This document shows positions 29,560 to 39,681 of a stretch of 64,000 bases of DNA, piece by piece. The DNA comes from Candidatus Kapaibacterium sp. (GTDB lineage Bacteria > Bacteroidota > Ignavibacteria > Kapaibacteriales > WFXC01). A model generated the notes under the pieces. The model did not search any database. It saw only the letters and a list, made by a program, of their open reading frames with translations, and was not told the DNA's origin. Position numbers and translations under genes: made by a program. Where the stretch lies: contig JALWUI010000058.1 of assembly GCA_027082775.1 (NCBI GenBank), forward strand, positions 7,255-71,254. The letters are read 5' to 3'. Position 1 is the stretch's first letter. Every line of letters starts with the position of its first letter.

Positions 29560-32364
29560 ATGGGATCAAGAGAGAAGTTTGTCCTGCTGGATGGAATGTC
29601 CTTAGTGTTTCGCGCCTATCACGCTCTTTCCCGTGCCAACCTCCAATCGCCGGTAACGGGAGAGCCAACATACGCTGTTTTTGGGTTTGCCAATATGCTG
29701 GCAACTTTGCTGGAAAAAATTCAGCCTCATTACATCGTCGCCGCCTTCGACACTGCAGAACCAACGGTGCGGCACGAACAATACGAAGCCTATAAAGCCA
29801 ATCGCCCGGAGTTCCCTGAGGATCTGGTGCCACAGCTTTTGCGAATCAAAGAGCTGCTGACAGCGTTACGGATCCCAATCCTCGAAATGCCCGGCTACGA
29901 GGCGGACGACATTATCGGTAGTCTGGCGAAAAAAGCAGCAGCGCAAGGGCTGGATGTCTATTGCGTCACTTCTGACAAAGACTTCTTCCAGCTTGTGAAT
30001 GCCCACATCAAAATCTTTCGTCCCGGCATCCGCTCCGGAGAGTATGAAATCATCGATGGTGCCAAGGTACGGCAACGATACGGTATTGAACCCTCCCAGT
30101 TTGTGGATTTCTTAGCCCTGGTCGGTGATCCTGTTGACAACGTTCCAGGGGTCAAAGGCATTGGTGAAAAAACGGCACGAACATTGATTGCGACTTACGG
30201 TTCCTTAGAGGCAGTCTATCAGCATTTAGAGGAACTCTCCCCTTCCATTCGCAAAAAACTGGAGCAGTACCGGGATGAAGCATTTTTATCTCGCGAGCTG
30301 GTAACGATCCACACCAACCTGGATATTCCTCTGGATCTGGAGCGATTTCGTCTCCAGAAACCCGACTATGCGCAACTTCATACTCTCTTTGATCAACTGG
30401 GATTCCACCGATTGCGAGAACGATTTGGCTTGCCGGACGCCGAAGCAGTAACGCAAAAAACGGATTTCCAGACGATTGCTGATCGTCCCCACCAATACAC
30501 CTTGGTGAACTCTTTCTCCCTGCTGCAAGCAATGCTGACAGAATTGCAACAGGCGGAATGGTTAGCAGTCGACACAGAGACTTCTTCGCTGGAACCAATG
30601 CGGACGCAACTGGTTGGTATTTCCCTGAGCAACAAAGTGGGGCGAGCGTGGTACATTCCCATTTTCGGCGCTGAAGACCATTTCGTAGATGACCGATGGC
30701 GAATGAAAGGAGAACGACAGGGACATCTCTTTGCAGACACCGGGGGAGCAACGAATGGGTCGATCCAGCGCACGATTCTCCAACAATTGCAGCCCATTCT
30801 GGAAAATGCACACATCCTGAAAACGGGACAAAACATCAAGTTTGATCTGCTGGTGCTCCGCCGCTATGGCATCCAGGTACAACCGGTCAAATTTGATACA
30901 ATGGTCGCAAGCTACGTATTAAATCCAGATGCCTCCCATAACTTAGAAGCACTGGCAGAACGATGGTTGCATTACAAGCCGATTTCGATTGCAACACTGA
31001 TCGGAGAACGACGCAAAGGGCAAATTTCGATGACAGAAGTTTCTGTCAGCGACGTGTATCCATACGCCTGCGAAGACGCAGACATCACGCTGCAGCTTAC
31101 CTATCGTCTTCGTGAAGAGCTCGAAAAGGAAAATTTACTACACCTGGCAGAAACGATCGAGTTTCCTCTGATCGAAGTCCTGACCACGATGGAATACAAT
31201 GGCATTGCGATCGACCGGCAGGTGCTGCAGGAAATTTCTGTTGTACTGGAACAACGGATTCAGGAACTCAAGAAGAAAATCTTTGAGGAAGCCGGGATGA
31301 GCTTCAACATTGATTCGCCCAAACAATTAGCACACGTCCTTTTTGAAAAGCTGATGATCCCACCAATCAAAAAAACGAAAACTGGCTACAGCACCGATGC
31401 TTCGGTGCTGGAAGAATTAGCTCGATCCTATCCCATCGCGCAATACATTCTGGAGTATCGGCAGCTTACCAAGTTGAAATCAACGTACGTCGATGCGTTG
31501 CCGCGCTACATCCATCCCGAAACTGGCTGCATTCACACCACGTTCAATCAGACAGTTACCAGCACAGGGCGGCTGTCATCCAGCAATCAGAATTTACAGA
31601 ACATCCCGGCGCGTGGGGAGCTTGGAATGGAAATCCGACAGGCATTCGTACCCCGATCGCCCGATCGGTGGTTGCTTTCCGCCGATTATTCTCAGATCGA
31701 GCTGCGACTGATGGCGTATTTCAGCGGCGATGAGCATTTGATTGCCGCCTTTCGTGAGGGATTGGACATTCACACGGCAACGGCAGCCCGGCTGTTCGGC
31801 GTGCCGATGGATCAGGTAACGCCCGATATGCGGCGAAAGGCAAAGACGGTGAATTTCGGCATTATGTATGGACTGGGACCGTACGGGCTGGCGCAACAGC
31901 TCCGAATATCCCGGACGGAAGCCCGGCAGATCATTGAACAGTACTTCCAGACGTATCCCGGCATTCGTCAATATATCGAAGAGACCCTGGAAAAAGTCCG
32001 CAAGCTGGGATACGCAGAAACGCTCTTCGGTCGGCGGCGCTATTTTCCCAACATCAACAGCCACAATGCGACCGTCCGGAAAGCCGAGGAACGGGCAGCA
32101 ATCAATATGCCGCTGCAGGGAACGGCAGCCGATATGATCAAACTTGCAATGATCCGGGTCCATCATCGCCTGCAGGAACAATACCCCAACTCCCTGCTGT
32201 GCCTCCAGGTTCACGATGAGTTAGTACTGGACATTTCCGATGCAGATCGCCACCATTTGCCCGATGAAGTGAAAAACATTATGGAAAGCGTTGTATCGCT
32301 GGGCGAAGTACCAATTGTTGTCGACATCGGCATTGGGAAAAACTGGGCAGAAGCCCATGGGTAA
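29560..32364 (+). CDS. polA: DNA polymerase I
   Basis: 5'-3' exonuclease, 3'-5' exonuclease and polymerase domains with motifs A/B/C (DYSQIELR, RRKAKTVNFGIMYG, VHDE). The start is set at ATG 29560. Confidence 0.95.
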   Translation: MGSREKFVLLDGMSLVFRAYHALSRANLQSPVTGEPTYAVFGFANMLATLLEKIQPHYIVAAFDTAEPTVRHEQYEAYKANRPEFPEDLVPQLLRIKELLTALRIPILEMPGYEADDIIGSLAKKAAAQGLDVYCVTSDKDFFQLVNAHIKIFRPGIRSGEYEIIDGAKVRQRYGIEPSQFVDFLALVGDPVDNVPGVKGIGEKTARTLIATYGSLEAVYQHLEELSPSIRKKLEQYRDEAFLSRELVTIHTNLDIPLDLERFRLQKPDYAQLHTLFDQLGFHRLRERFGLPDAEAVTQKTDFQTIADRPHQYTLVNSFSLLQAMLTELQQAEWLAVDTETSSLEPMRTQLVGISLSNKVGRAWYIPIFGAEDHFVDDRWRMKGERQGHLFADTGGATNGSIQRTILQQLQPILENAHILKTGQNIKFDLLVLRRYGIQVQPVKFDTMVASYVLNPDASHNLEALAERWLHYKPISIATLIGERRKGQISMTEVSVSDVYPYACEDADITLQLTYRLREELEKENLLHLAETIEFPLIEVLTTMEYNGIAIDRQVLQEISVVLEQRIQELKKKIFEEAGMSFNIDSPKQLAHVLFEKLMIPPIKKTKTGYSTDASVLEELARSYPIAQYILEYRQLTKLKSTYVDALPRYIHPETGCIHTTFNQTVTSTGRLSSSNQNLQNIPARGELGMEIRQAFVPRSPDRWLLSADYSQIELRLMAYFSGDEHLIAAFREGLDIHTATAARLFGVPMDQVTPDMRRKAKTVNFGIMYGLGPYGLAQQLRISRTEARQIIEQYFQTYPGIRQYIEETLEKVRKLGYAETLFGRRRYFPNINSHNATVRKAEERAAINMPLQGTAADMIKLAMIRVHHRLQEQYPNSLLCLQVHDELVLDISDADRHHLPDEVKNIMESVVSLGEVPIVVDIGIGKNWAEAHG

Positions 32365-33001
32365 ACACAATGCCACCATCCACCTTGTTTTTTATCACGA
32401 TGTCCTGTGCCCCTGGTGTCTCCCAATGTCTCGCCGCCTCCACCGGCTCCAGCAGGAACTGGGAGATCAGTTAGTTGTCGAACATCGATGCTATGCGCTG
32501 GTTCCCGAACCAGAAGACCTGCGGCATCTCTTCGGAAGCTTTGCTGCGGCAAAACGGGAGTTTCTGGCAATGTGGCGGGAAATTGCCCAACTACCGGAGG
32601 GTGCCGATGTTCGCCCGGATCGGATGGCACGCCGATCGTTCCGCTTCCCCCATTCATCGCCAGCTCTGTGGAGCTGCAAAATTGCAGAGTGGCAGAAAGG
32701 AGCTGATGGTCACTGGCAAATGTTCGACCTTCTCCAGGAAGCACTGTTTGTCCACGCTGAAAACATCGCCTCCCTGCGGGTGTTGCGAAAATATGCTCGA
32801 CGATGCGGACTGGACATCCGAGCGTGGGAACACGCAATGAACAGCCGAGCTGTGCGTGAAGCTGTGCTCCAGGATCAGCAGGAAGCTCATCGCTGGGGCA
32901 TCTTCGGTGTGCCAGCGCTGGTAATCAACCATCAATTCCTCCTCCAGGGGGAATTGCCGTATCAGGTCCTGCGATCTGAAATCCTGACGGCAACTCAATG
33001 A
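32357..33001 (+). CDS. DsbA-family thiol:disulfide oxidoreductase (FrnE-like)
   Basis: CPWC active site in a thioredoxin fold. The start at 32357 overlaps the polA stop by 8 nt. Confidence 0.7.
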   Translation: MGKHNATIHLVFYHDVLCPWCLPMSRRLHRLQQELGDQLVVEHRCYALVPEPEDLRHLFGSFAAAKREFLAMWREIAQLPEGADVRPDRMARRSFRFPHSSPALWSCKIAEWQKGADGHWQMFDLLQEALFVHAENIASLRVLRKYARRCGLDIRAWEHAMNSRAVREAVLQDQQEAHRWGIFGVPALVINHQFLLQGELPYQVLRSEILTATQ

Positions 33002-33007
33002 CCTTCT

Positions 33008-34207
33008 TTATCCCGCCAGCACTTCCTGGAAAAACTGCACAATGTGTTCTCCAATCGCCAGCGATGCTGTTGCCGCCGGCGATGGAGCATTCAAAACGTG
33101 GAGCATTCGCCGGCGATGCTTGAAGAAAAAGTCGTGATACAATTGCCCGTTGGGTAACAGAAGCTGCGCCCGGACACCACTCCCATTGCGCTGGAGATCT
33201 TCCGGGGCTATCTCGCGAAGCAGCCGTGCAACCGAGCGATAGAACCACCGCTTCGACAGGGAGCGCACAACTTCCGCAACGCCTGTTCTCCAGTATCGCC
33301 GAATCAAATGTATCGTACCGCTATAGCGGAGCGTTTGCCAGAGCTCTGAAGGGCGAACAACACTCCACCGGTAGCCTTCGCGGGCAAATGCCAGAACAGC
33401 ATTGGGTCCACAATGGACTTCTCCGTCAATGCCGCGGGTAATATGCACCCCCAGAAAGGGAAATCGGGGATCAGGAACAGGATAGATCAATCCGCGACAC
33501 AAATACTGCTTGTCGGGAACAAGAGTGTAGTACTCACCACGAAAAGGGACAATGCGGGCAGGGACCGCAATCCCCGAACGCTGAGCGACAACATCGGCGT
33601 ACAAACCAGCGCAGGCAATGAAACCATCTACGACCATTTCTCCCTGAGAAGTGGCAATCTCTACCGCGTCGGGATACTCCTTTGCACGAAGGAACGTGGT
33701 ACTGGTTAGAATCTGGTGTCCACGATCCAGCAGCCATTGCTGGAGGGCGCGTGCCACGCGGTGAAAGTCCACCACGCCAGCTTCGGGCACCCACAGTGCC
33801 CGGATTCCCCGGCAATACGGCTCTTGCTCGTGAAATTGATCAGGCTCCCACAGTTCACACTGCAACCCATTTTGTTTCCCCTGAGCATACAGTTTCTCCA
33901 GTTGCGGCAATTCCGAGGCATCCTGCGCAACGATCAATTTGCCACTGAGCCGATAGGGAATCTGCTGCTGATCGCAGAATTCCAGCAACAAACGATATCC
34001 TCGCCGGGTAAGCTGCGCTTTCAGGGAGTTGGGAGGGTAGTAAACGCCGGAGTGCAGAACTCCCGAATTGTGCCCACTCTGATGCTGAGCAACCGATGCT
34101 TCTTTTTCAATGACGGTGATGCGGCTGTCGGGAAAGGTTTGCGCCAGGGCACGAGCGGTTGCCAGACCAACAATCCCGGCTCCAACAATGCAGAAATGTT
34201 GTTTCAT
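33008..34207 (-). CDS. lhgO: L-2-hydroxyglutarate oxidase / FAD-dependent oxidoreductase
   Basis: N-terminal FAD-binding motif IVGAGIVGLATA with LhgO-like length and collinearity. Confidence 0.7.
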   Translation of the reverse strand: MKQHFCIVGAGIVGLATARALAQTFPDSRITVIEKEASVAQHQSGHNSGVLHSGVYYPPNSLKAQLTRRGYRLLLEFCDQQQIPYRLSGKLIVAQDASELPQLEKLYAQGKQNGLQCELWEPDQFHEQEPYCRGIRALWVPEAGVVDFHRVARALQQWLLDRGHQILTSTTFLRAKEYPDAVEIATSQGEMVVDGFIACAGLYADVVAQRSGIAVPARIVPFRGEYYTLVPDKQYLCRGLIYPVPDPRFPFLGVHITRGIDGEVHCGPNAVLAFAREGYRWSVVRPSELWQTLRYSGTIHLIRRYWRTGVAEVVRSLSKRWFYRSVARLLREIAPEDLQRNGSGVRAQLLLPNGQLYHDFFFKHRRRMLHVLNAPSPAATASLAIGEHIVQFFQEVLAG

Positions 34208-34587
34208 TGCGTTTGGGTGTCATCCTCCGCCGTATCAGCCAGTGAAGTACGCACCTGTAAAGGATGCAGGGGATCGAAGATGAGCATTTCAAACCCGTTC
34301 TGAATCGGTTCTCCTGCTTGTTGCTGCAATGCCAACCGCTCCTGCTCCAGATACTCCCGCACGGCCGGCTTGATGTAAACACCGTCCAGCGGAAAGCTGC
34401 TTAAGGCTTGTGCCAGGAGGGAAATTTTGCTTTCGACCGGCAGGGAACGATTGATAACGATCAGCCGCTGCTGCTCCAGAATACACGAGCCACCCCGAAA
34501 ATTCCCCTGTTCAAATCGTACGGTAATGTTCAATGTTGCCGCTAAGGACTTGAGTTCTTCCAGTAACTGCTTTGGCTTCATCCGCAC
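34204..34587 (-). CDS. Hypothetical protein (127 aa), translationally coupled to lhgO
   Basis: ATGA stop/start overlap with lhgO. No recognisable motif. Confidence 0.45.
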   Translation of the reverse strand: MRMKPKQLLEELKSLAATLNITVRFEQGNFRGGSCILEQQRLIVINRSLPVESKISLLAQALSSFPLDGVYIKPAVREYLEQERLALQQQAGEPIQNGFEMLIFDPLHPLQVRTSLADTAEDDTQTQ

Positions 34588-34724
34588 GCGTCTTTTCTGG
34601 TACTTCTCTTCCTCTTTATGCGCACTGCAAATTTAGAGAATTTGCCAGCGACGACCAAAGATGCCAATCACCCTTGCAGAAGCGCCAAAAACGGCATATT
34701 CTCCATCCAATATCGCTGCAAAAC

Positions 34725-36629
34725 TCAGCGTTCGACAGCTAACATCCGCTCATACTGCTGCATATATTCCTTGATAGCGTTCACAATGCCCCGCGCTATT
34801 TTCTGCTGTCCCTGCTTCGACGCCAGGAATTTTTCATCACGAGGATTGGACAAAAAGCCAGCTTCAAACAGAACATTGGGCATTGAGGCGCCAACCAACA
34901 CCAGAAATCCCGCTTGATGAACGCCTCGATCTGACAGACCGGTGGCCTGCGAAACATGCTTCTGGAGCAGCGAAGCAAACAATTCGCTGAATTTCACAAA
35001 AGCCCGCTGCGCCATTGTGGCAATAATCAACTGCTCCTCTGTCAGCTTTACATACCGCTGCTGATCTGCTTCCAGCCGAATAACGGCATTTTCCCGCCGG
35101 GCTACTTCCAGCGCATCAGCGTTCCGCCCCGGTCGAAGAATGTAGGTTTCGCACCCACGGGCAGGATCAGGTTTACGCGGTTTGGAATTACAATGAATGC
35201 TGACAAACAACTTCCCACCGCTTTGATTGGCAATTTGCCCTCGCCGATAGAGCTCAACAAACCGGTCCGTTGTTCGGGTATATACGACTTTAATCTGCGG
35301 GAACTCCTTTTTAAGCAGTCGTCCAACTTCCAGCGCAATTGCCAGCGTAATATCTTTTTCCCGAACTCCTGTTACCCCAATCGCCCCCGCATCCTTGCCA
35401 CCATGTCCCGGATCTAACACAATCACATCCAGTTTCCACTTCTGCTGTTCCTTCTGCAGCTTCTCGGCAACGCTTTCCACCTGCTGCTTGAAATAAATCC
35501 GAAACTTCAGCGCCGTGCTGTTTGCAATGCGGCGATAGTCCACGTCTGCAATCTCCGTAGGGAACTGGAACGTATACCGGAGAATGTTCCGGATCTTTTC
35601 TACTTTGATGCGACACCGATGCTGCTTCCCCAGCGCCGACAGAGAGCCTGCCCGATGGAGTGCATCCGGGATGCGAATAATGAGGGTATTGCCGAAAAAT
35701 TCTGGCTTCTGATAAGCGCCAATGGAACGATTCGCATACAGGTAGAGCTCGTAGGTATCACCGGAAGGCACCAGCCGCACTTTCTGGATCAGCAACGGTG
35801 GTCTGCTGCGCTCTGGTGGTGCTAACCACTCCAGCGGCATAAGCGAGGCTAAAAGTGGCGATGGCCGCAGTGGCACACCAAGCTGGAAGGACTGTGTCTT
35901 GCGAGGTGGTAGCTGCGGTAATGGTCGCCGCAATCCGGGCGGAATCTGGTAAAACAGCGGAGGGAGAAATAGCGGTTTGGCTTTGTACCGGGGAAGCTTC
36001 CGTTGCCCAGCAACTTCCAGTTGCCACTTCCGACTTTCCCCCAGATACCGTGGCAAACCGGTTTCCGCAATCCAGCTTAAGCGCTGACGCACCGCCTCCA
36101 CCCCTTCTTCCAGCGGCGGCATTGCACCGGTCACCACGACAGGCTGGGTGGTGCGTTTCGGTTTAGCAACAAAAGGCAACAGCTCTGCCAGTGTTTCCTG
36201 AAATTGAAGGCGCAGCTTCTTTCCCCGGTGTTCGTAGCGAAGAACGCCCAGCGATCGAAGGGCTTCCAGATAGCCGAACAGCGGTAGAAACGGTTTATCC
36301 TCCCATTGAATCACCGGATAAGGCATCTGGTATTCGTAGCGATTTTCACCTTTCTCCAGATACAAAATCAGGCTCAACGGCGCAAAGCGGAGACGGAACT
36401 GGAGCCGATCGCTCCAGATCCAGTGATGGCGCCACTGTCCCCCCGGAAGAATCCGGGCAGCATCTGCGGGTGAAATATACCGGTGCGGGCCCAGTTGAAG
36501 AACCGTTATTCGCACCGGTTTGTATCCCGATCGCACCACCGTAGAGCGGTGAAACTGCTGTGCTGTCAGAAACACCGGTGCAAGGAGCAGCAAGCTGGCA
36601 AATAGCAGCACACTCCGTTTCTTGTTCAT
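34725..36629 (-). CDS. N-acetylmuramoyl-L-alanine amidase (Amidase_3, AmiC-like) with N-terminal exported domain
   Basis: Signal peptide and a C-terminal Amidase_3 catalytic domain (VLDPGHGGKD...SIHCNS...E). Confidence 0.8.
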   Translation of the reverse strand: MNKKRSVLLFASLLLLAPVFLTAQQFHRSTVVRSGYKPVRITVLQLGPHRYISPADAARILPGGQWRHHWIWSDRLQFRLRFAPLSLILYLEKGENRYEYQMPYPVIQWEDKPFLPLFGYLEALRSLGVLRYEHRGKKLRLQFQETLAELLPFVAKPKRTTQPVVVTGAMPPLEEGVEAVRQRLSWIAETGLPRYLGESRKWQLEVAGQRKLPRYKAKPLFLPPLFYQIPPGLRRPLPQLPPRKTQSFQLGVPLRPSPLLASLMPLEWLAPPERSRPPLLIQKVRLVPSGDTYELYLYANRSIGAYQKPEFFGNTLIIRIPDALHRAGSLSALGKQHRCRIKVEKIRNILRYTFQFPTEIADVDYRRIANSTALKFRIYFKQQVESVAEKLQKEQQKWKLDVIVLDPGHGGKDAGAIGVTGVREKDITLAIALEVGRLLKKEFPQIKVVYTRTTDRFVELYRRGQIANQSGGKLFVSIHCNSKPRKPDPARGCETYILRPGRNADALEVARRENAVIRLEADQQRYVKLTEEQLIIATMAQRAFVKFSELFASLLQKHVSQATGLSDRGVHQAGFLVLVGASMPNVLFEAGFLSNPRDEKFLASKQGQQKIARGIVNAIKEYMQQYERMLAVER

Positions 36630-37591
36630 TGCTCTACTCTGACCATCGTTTGTAATTCCGGATACTGCTCACTTCGCAGCACGCCTGCTAATCGGTAATA
36701 TTGCATCGCCGTCGGACGCCACTTAATGCGCATCCGTTGCATAAATTCTTCAACGGGAATGCCGGATTCTGCCAGTAAGATTCCTGCGGTGTGCCGAATG
36801 GAAAAGGGCGTTATCAGACGCTTGCGATCCTGCTTGATGCCGCTTTGCCGCAACCGCTCGGAAATTGCCTCGCGAATCCCACGAATCGTCATTCGCTGCC
36901 GCTGCGATCGATTGCTGTAGCTCACAAACATTGGTGAATCCTCGTCCAGCTCTTCGTACTGCCGCCGTTTCTCCAGATACCGTTGCACTGCTTCCACTGC
37001 CGCTGGTGGCACAGGCACAACCTCATCTTTCACCGTTCGCCCCTTCCCCTGCACATAGAGGATCCACTTCCGACCCCGGCGTTGCAAATCCCCAATGTTG
37101 GCATACATTATTTCTCGCTCTGAACAGGCGCATCCCAACATCAACTGAATAATCGCTCGATCCCGCAGTCCGATCTCGGTCGTCTGATCAATGGACTCCA
37201 GCAACTGCTGAATCTCCGATAATTGCAGATACATTCGATGATGGTGTTGCGGACGCCGACCGCCAGCCACTCGAGCCGCCGGATTTTTCTCTAACACTCC
37301 TTCAGCGACCAGAAACTGGCAGAATCGTCGCAGAGCAGTCAGATACGTAGCAACCGTTGCTTCTTTGAGCTTCCGCTGCGTTTTGAGAAATTCTCGATAC
37401 CGTTCAACATCGCGCACCCGGAAGAAAAAGTGGCGGTCCTGGACAAAAAAGTTGACAAAAGCTTTCAGGGAACGCTCATACGTTCCTCGCGTTTCCGGTG
37501 ACCGCTCCTGCAACGTCTCCAGAAACGCCGCTATGTACCGCTTGAGCTCTGTGAGCTTGAGCTTGACCGGTTTAAAAGTATCCTTGATCAT
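36626..37591 (-). CDS. Tyrosine site-specific recombinase, XerC/XerD family
   Basis: N-terminal SAM-like core-binding domain and a C-terminal catalytic domain with R..H.R.Y residues (RHTAGILL ... YY). The start is trimmed to the Met at 37591 (MIKDTFKP). Confidence 0.8.
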   Translation of the reverse strand: MIKDTFKPVKLKLTELKRYIAAFLETLQERSPETRGTYERSLKAFVNFFVQDRHFFFRVRDVERYREFLKTQRKLKEATVATYLTALRRFCQFLVAEGVLEKNPAARVAGGRRPQHHHRMYLQLSEIQQLLESIDQTTEIGLRDRAIIQLMLGCACSEREIMYANIGDLQRRGRKWILYVQGKGRTVKDEVVPVPPAAVEAVQRYLEKRRQYEELDEDSPMFVSYSNRSQRQRMTIRGIREAISERLRQSGIKQDRKRLITPFSIRHTAGILLAESGIPVEEFMQRMRIKWRPTAMQYYRLAGVLRSEQYPELQTMVRVEQ

Positions 37592-37965
37592 TCCTCTGCT
37601 GCCTTGCCCCAAAGATTTTTTAAAATTACAACTTTCTGACGAAATGGGAAGCGAAAACGGTAGGAACGGATGCGGATGCGCAATGTCCCGCAAGGGTACA
37701 ATGTTCCATACCGGTACGGACAATTGCTGCTTTGAACGATTCGTAGAAAGTTGATCGGCGCAAAGAAACTGCCGGGAAACAGGTGTCAGGCTACCTGCCG
37801 ATTTTCCCTGCATTCTGTGTTAGGCAGCGGTGAAAGCATATTGCTGATGCAGAAACAGTACGCTGTCCGGAAGCCATCAATCGCTGTTGCTCGCCATACA
37901 CGATTCCGCATTTCCAGCCGTTCTTTGCTTAAGGAACAAGGAAAAAGTCAAAAAAATTTTTAGAA

Positions 37966-39054
37966 ATGATCCGCGAAAGTGCTGAGAAAGTCATCGGACA
38001 ATATGAACACATTCAGGAGCAACTGCAAGATCCAGAAGTTGTGGCGGATCTGGAGCGATATAAACAGTTAGCGCAGGAAGAGAAACGACTAGCTCCCATT
38101 GTTGCAGTTGCACGCCGGTATTTGCAGTTGCTGCGAGAGCATCAGGAACTGGAGGAATTACTGGACAGCGCTGAGGACAAAGAATTAGCAGAGATTGCAA
38201 AAGAAGAACTTCGCACACTGGAAGAAACACTTCCGGCTATCGAGGAAGAGCTGCAAGGGCTGCTGTTACCGGAAGATCCGAAAGATCAGCGGAACTGTAT
38301 CGTTGAGATTCGGGCAGGCACTGGCGGTGAAGAAGCTGCCCTGTTTGCCGCCGACCTGTTTAAAATGTACCAGCGATACGCTGACCGCAAAGGATGGCAA
38401 ATTGAAGTACTGGACTTCCACGAAAGTGACAAAGGAGGCTTCAAAGAGATCATTTTTTTAGTCAAAGGAGAACGGGCATACGGAACGTTGAAGTATGAAA
38501 GTGGGGTCCACCGCGTTCAGCGGGTACCGGAAACGGAGTCGCAGGGGCGAATTCATACTTCCGCCGCCTCGGTTGTGGTGTTACCGGAACTGGAGGATAT
38601 TGAGGTGGAAATCAGCGACGAGGATCTCCGCATCGATGTCTATCGTGCCAGTGGGAAGGGAGGACAGCACGTGAACAAAGTTGAAACCGCTGTCCGGATC
38701 GTTCACATTCCGACGGGGATCACTGTCCAATGTCAGGACGAGCGATCCCAGCATCGTAACAAGGAGAAGGCAATGAAAATCCTTCGGGCACGGCTGTATG
38801 AACTCCAGCAACAGCAGCAGCAGGCAGAAATATCCTCTCAGCGTCGATCGATGATCCGCAGCGGCGATCGATCGGAAAAAATTCGGACGTATAACTTTCC
38901 GCAGAACCGGGTTACCGACCATCGACTTCAGGGAGAGGTAAAAAATTACCCTCTTAAGGAAATTCTGGCTGGCAATTTAGACCCACTGATTACCCAGCTT
39001 CAGTTGCTGGATCGCCAGGAACGACTGGCAGAAGCGAAGCGTACGGCTTCATAA
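37966..39054 (+). CDS. prfA: Peptide chain release factor 1
   Basis: GGQ motif (SGKGGQHVN) and the RF1-type PxT tripeptide region ([21 protein letters not shown]). Confidence 0.9.
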   Translation: MIRESAEKVIGQYEHIQEQLQDPEVVADLERYKQLAQEEKRLAPIVAVARRYLQLLREHQELEELLDSAEDKELAEIAKEELRTLEETLPAIEEELQGLLLPEDPKDQRNCIVEIRAGTGGEEAALFAADLFKMYQRYADRKGWQIEVLDFHESDKGGFKEIIFLVKGERAYGTLKYESGVHRVQRVPETESQGRIHTSAASVVVLPELEDIEVEISDEDLRIDVYRASGKGGQHVNKVETAVRIVHIPTGITVQCQDERSQHRNKEKAMKILRARLYELQQQQQQAEISSQRRSMIRSGDRSEKIRTYNFPQNRVTDHRLQGEVKNYPLKEILAGNLDPLITQLQLLDRQERLAEAKRTAS

Positions 39055-39059
39055 CACTG

Positions 39060-39545
39060 TTATCGTTCCCCAGTTTGTGGGGCTCCTGCATAAACACCTG
39101 AGATCACTTTGCCACGAAAGCAGCAACAACAAACACCAGGCTTTCCGGGAGCGCCGGCTTTCGCTGGCAAACACTGGAAACATCCCACTGGGAGCGCCGG
39201 CTTCAGCCGGCATCTTTGCACACTAAGGTGTGCGTTCCCAGTAAACGCACGCTGAAGCAAGCGCCCCCAGTAATCGGGAACGCCAGCGCTAACAAGCACC
39301 GACTGGGAGCGCCGACTTTAGTCGGCAAAGAAAGTGCACCCTAAAGGGTGCGGTCCCAGTGAATGCACGCTGAAGCGTGCGCTCCCCAGTGTAGGGGGCG
39401 CAGCGGCGCTTGCCTATGCGGGCGACCAGCCAGTCGCCCCTACCAGTGCAAAAATTCCCTCTCCCTCCGGGAAAGGGTAAGGGCAATGCACGCTGAAGCG
39501 TGCGCTCCCGGTTGCCAGAAGCGCCAGCTTTCCCGGCAAAGGATG
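39060..39545. repeat. Cluster of REP/BIME-like short palindromic repeat units (cluster 2), same family as 16440..16920
   Basis: Repeated hairpin units (GCCGGCTTCAGCCGGC, GCACGCTGAAGCGTGC, GCACCCTAAAGGGTGC, CCGACTTTAGTCGG) alternate with the core ACTGGGAGCGC / GCGCTCCC(C)AGT. It contains the GTCGCCCCTAC palindrome remnant. Confidence 0.8.
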
Positions 39546-39681
39546 GATACTGGAAGGTGCACTTCCTGATAAAATGGATGCTCATTACCCCGCACTGAAT
39601 ACTGCCATCTGTCCAGTAAAAGTCTGTTTTTTCGTAATTTTCGGGTTTTAAAAACGGGGTTTCACAAGGAAAAGGGAATGG

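Noticed and set aside
39060-39585. ORFs 39060..39299 (-), 39289..39585 (-) and 39363..39569 (+) inside repeat cluster 2
   Set aside because: Same reason. The ORFs are generated by the palindromic repeat units.
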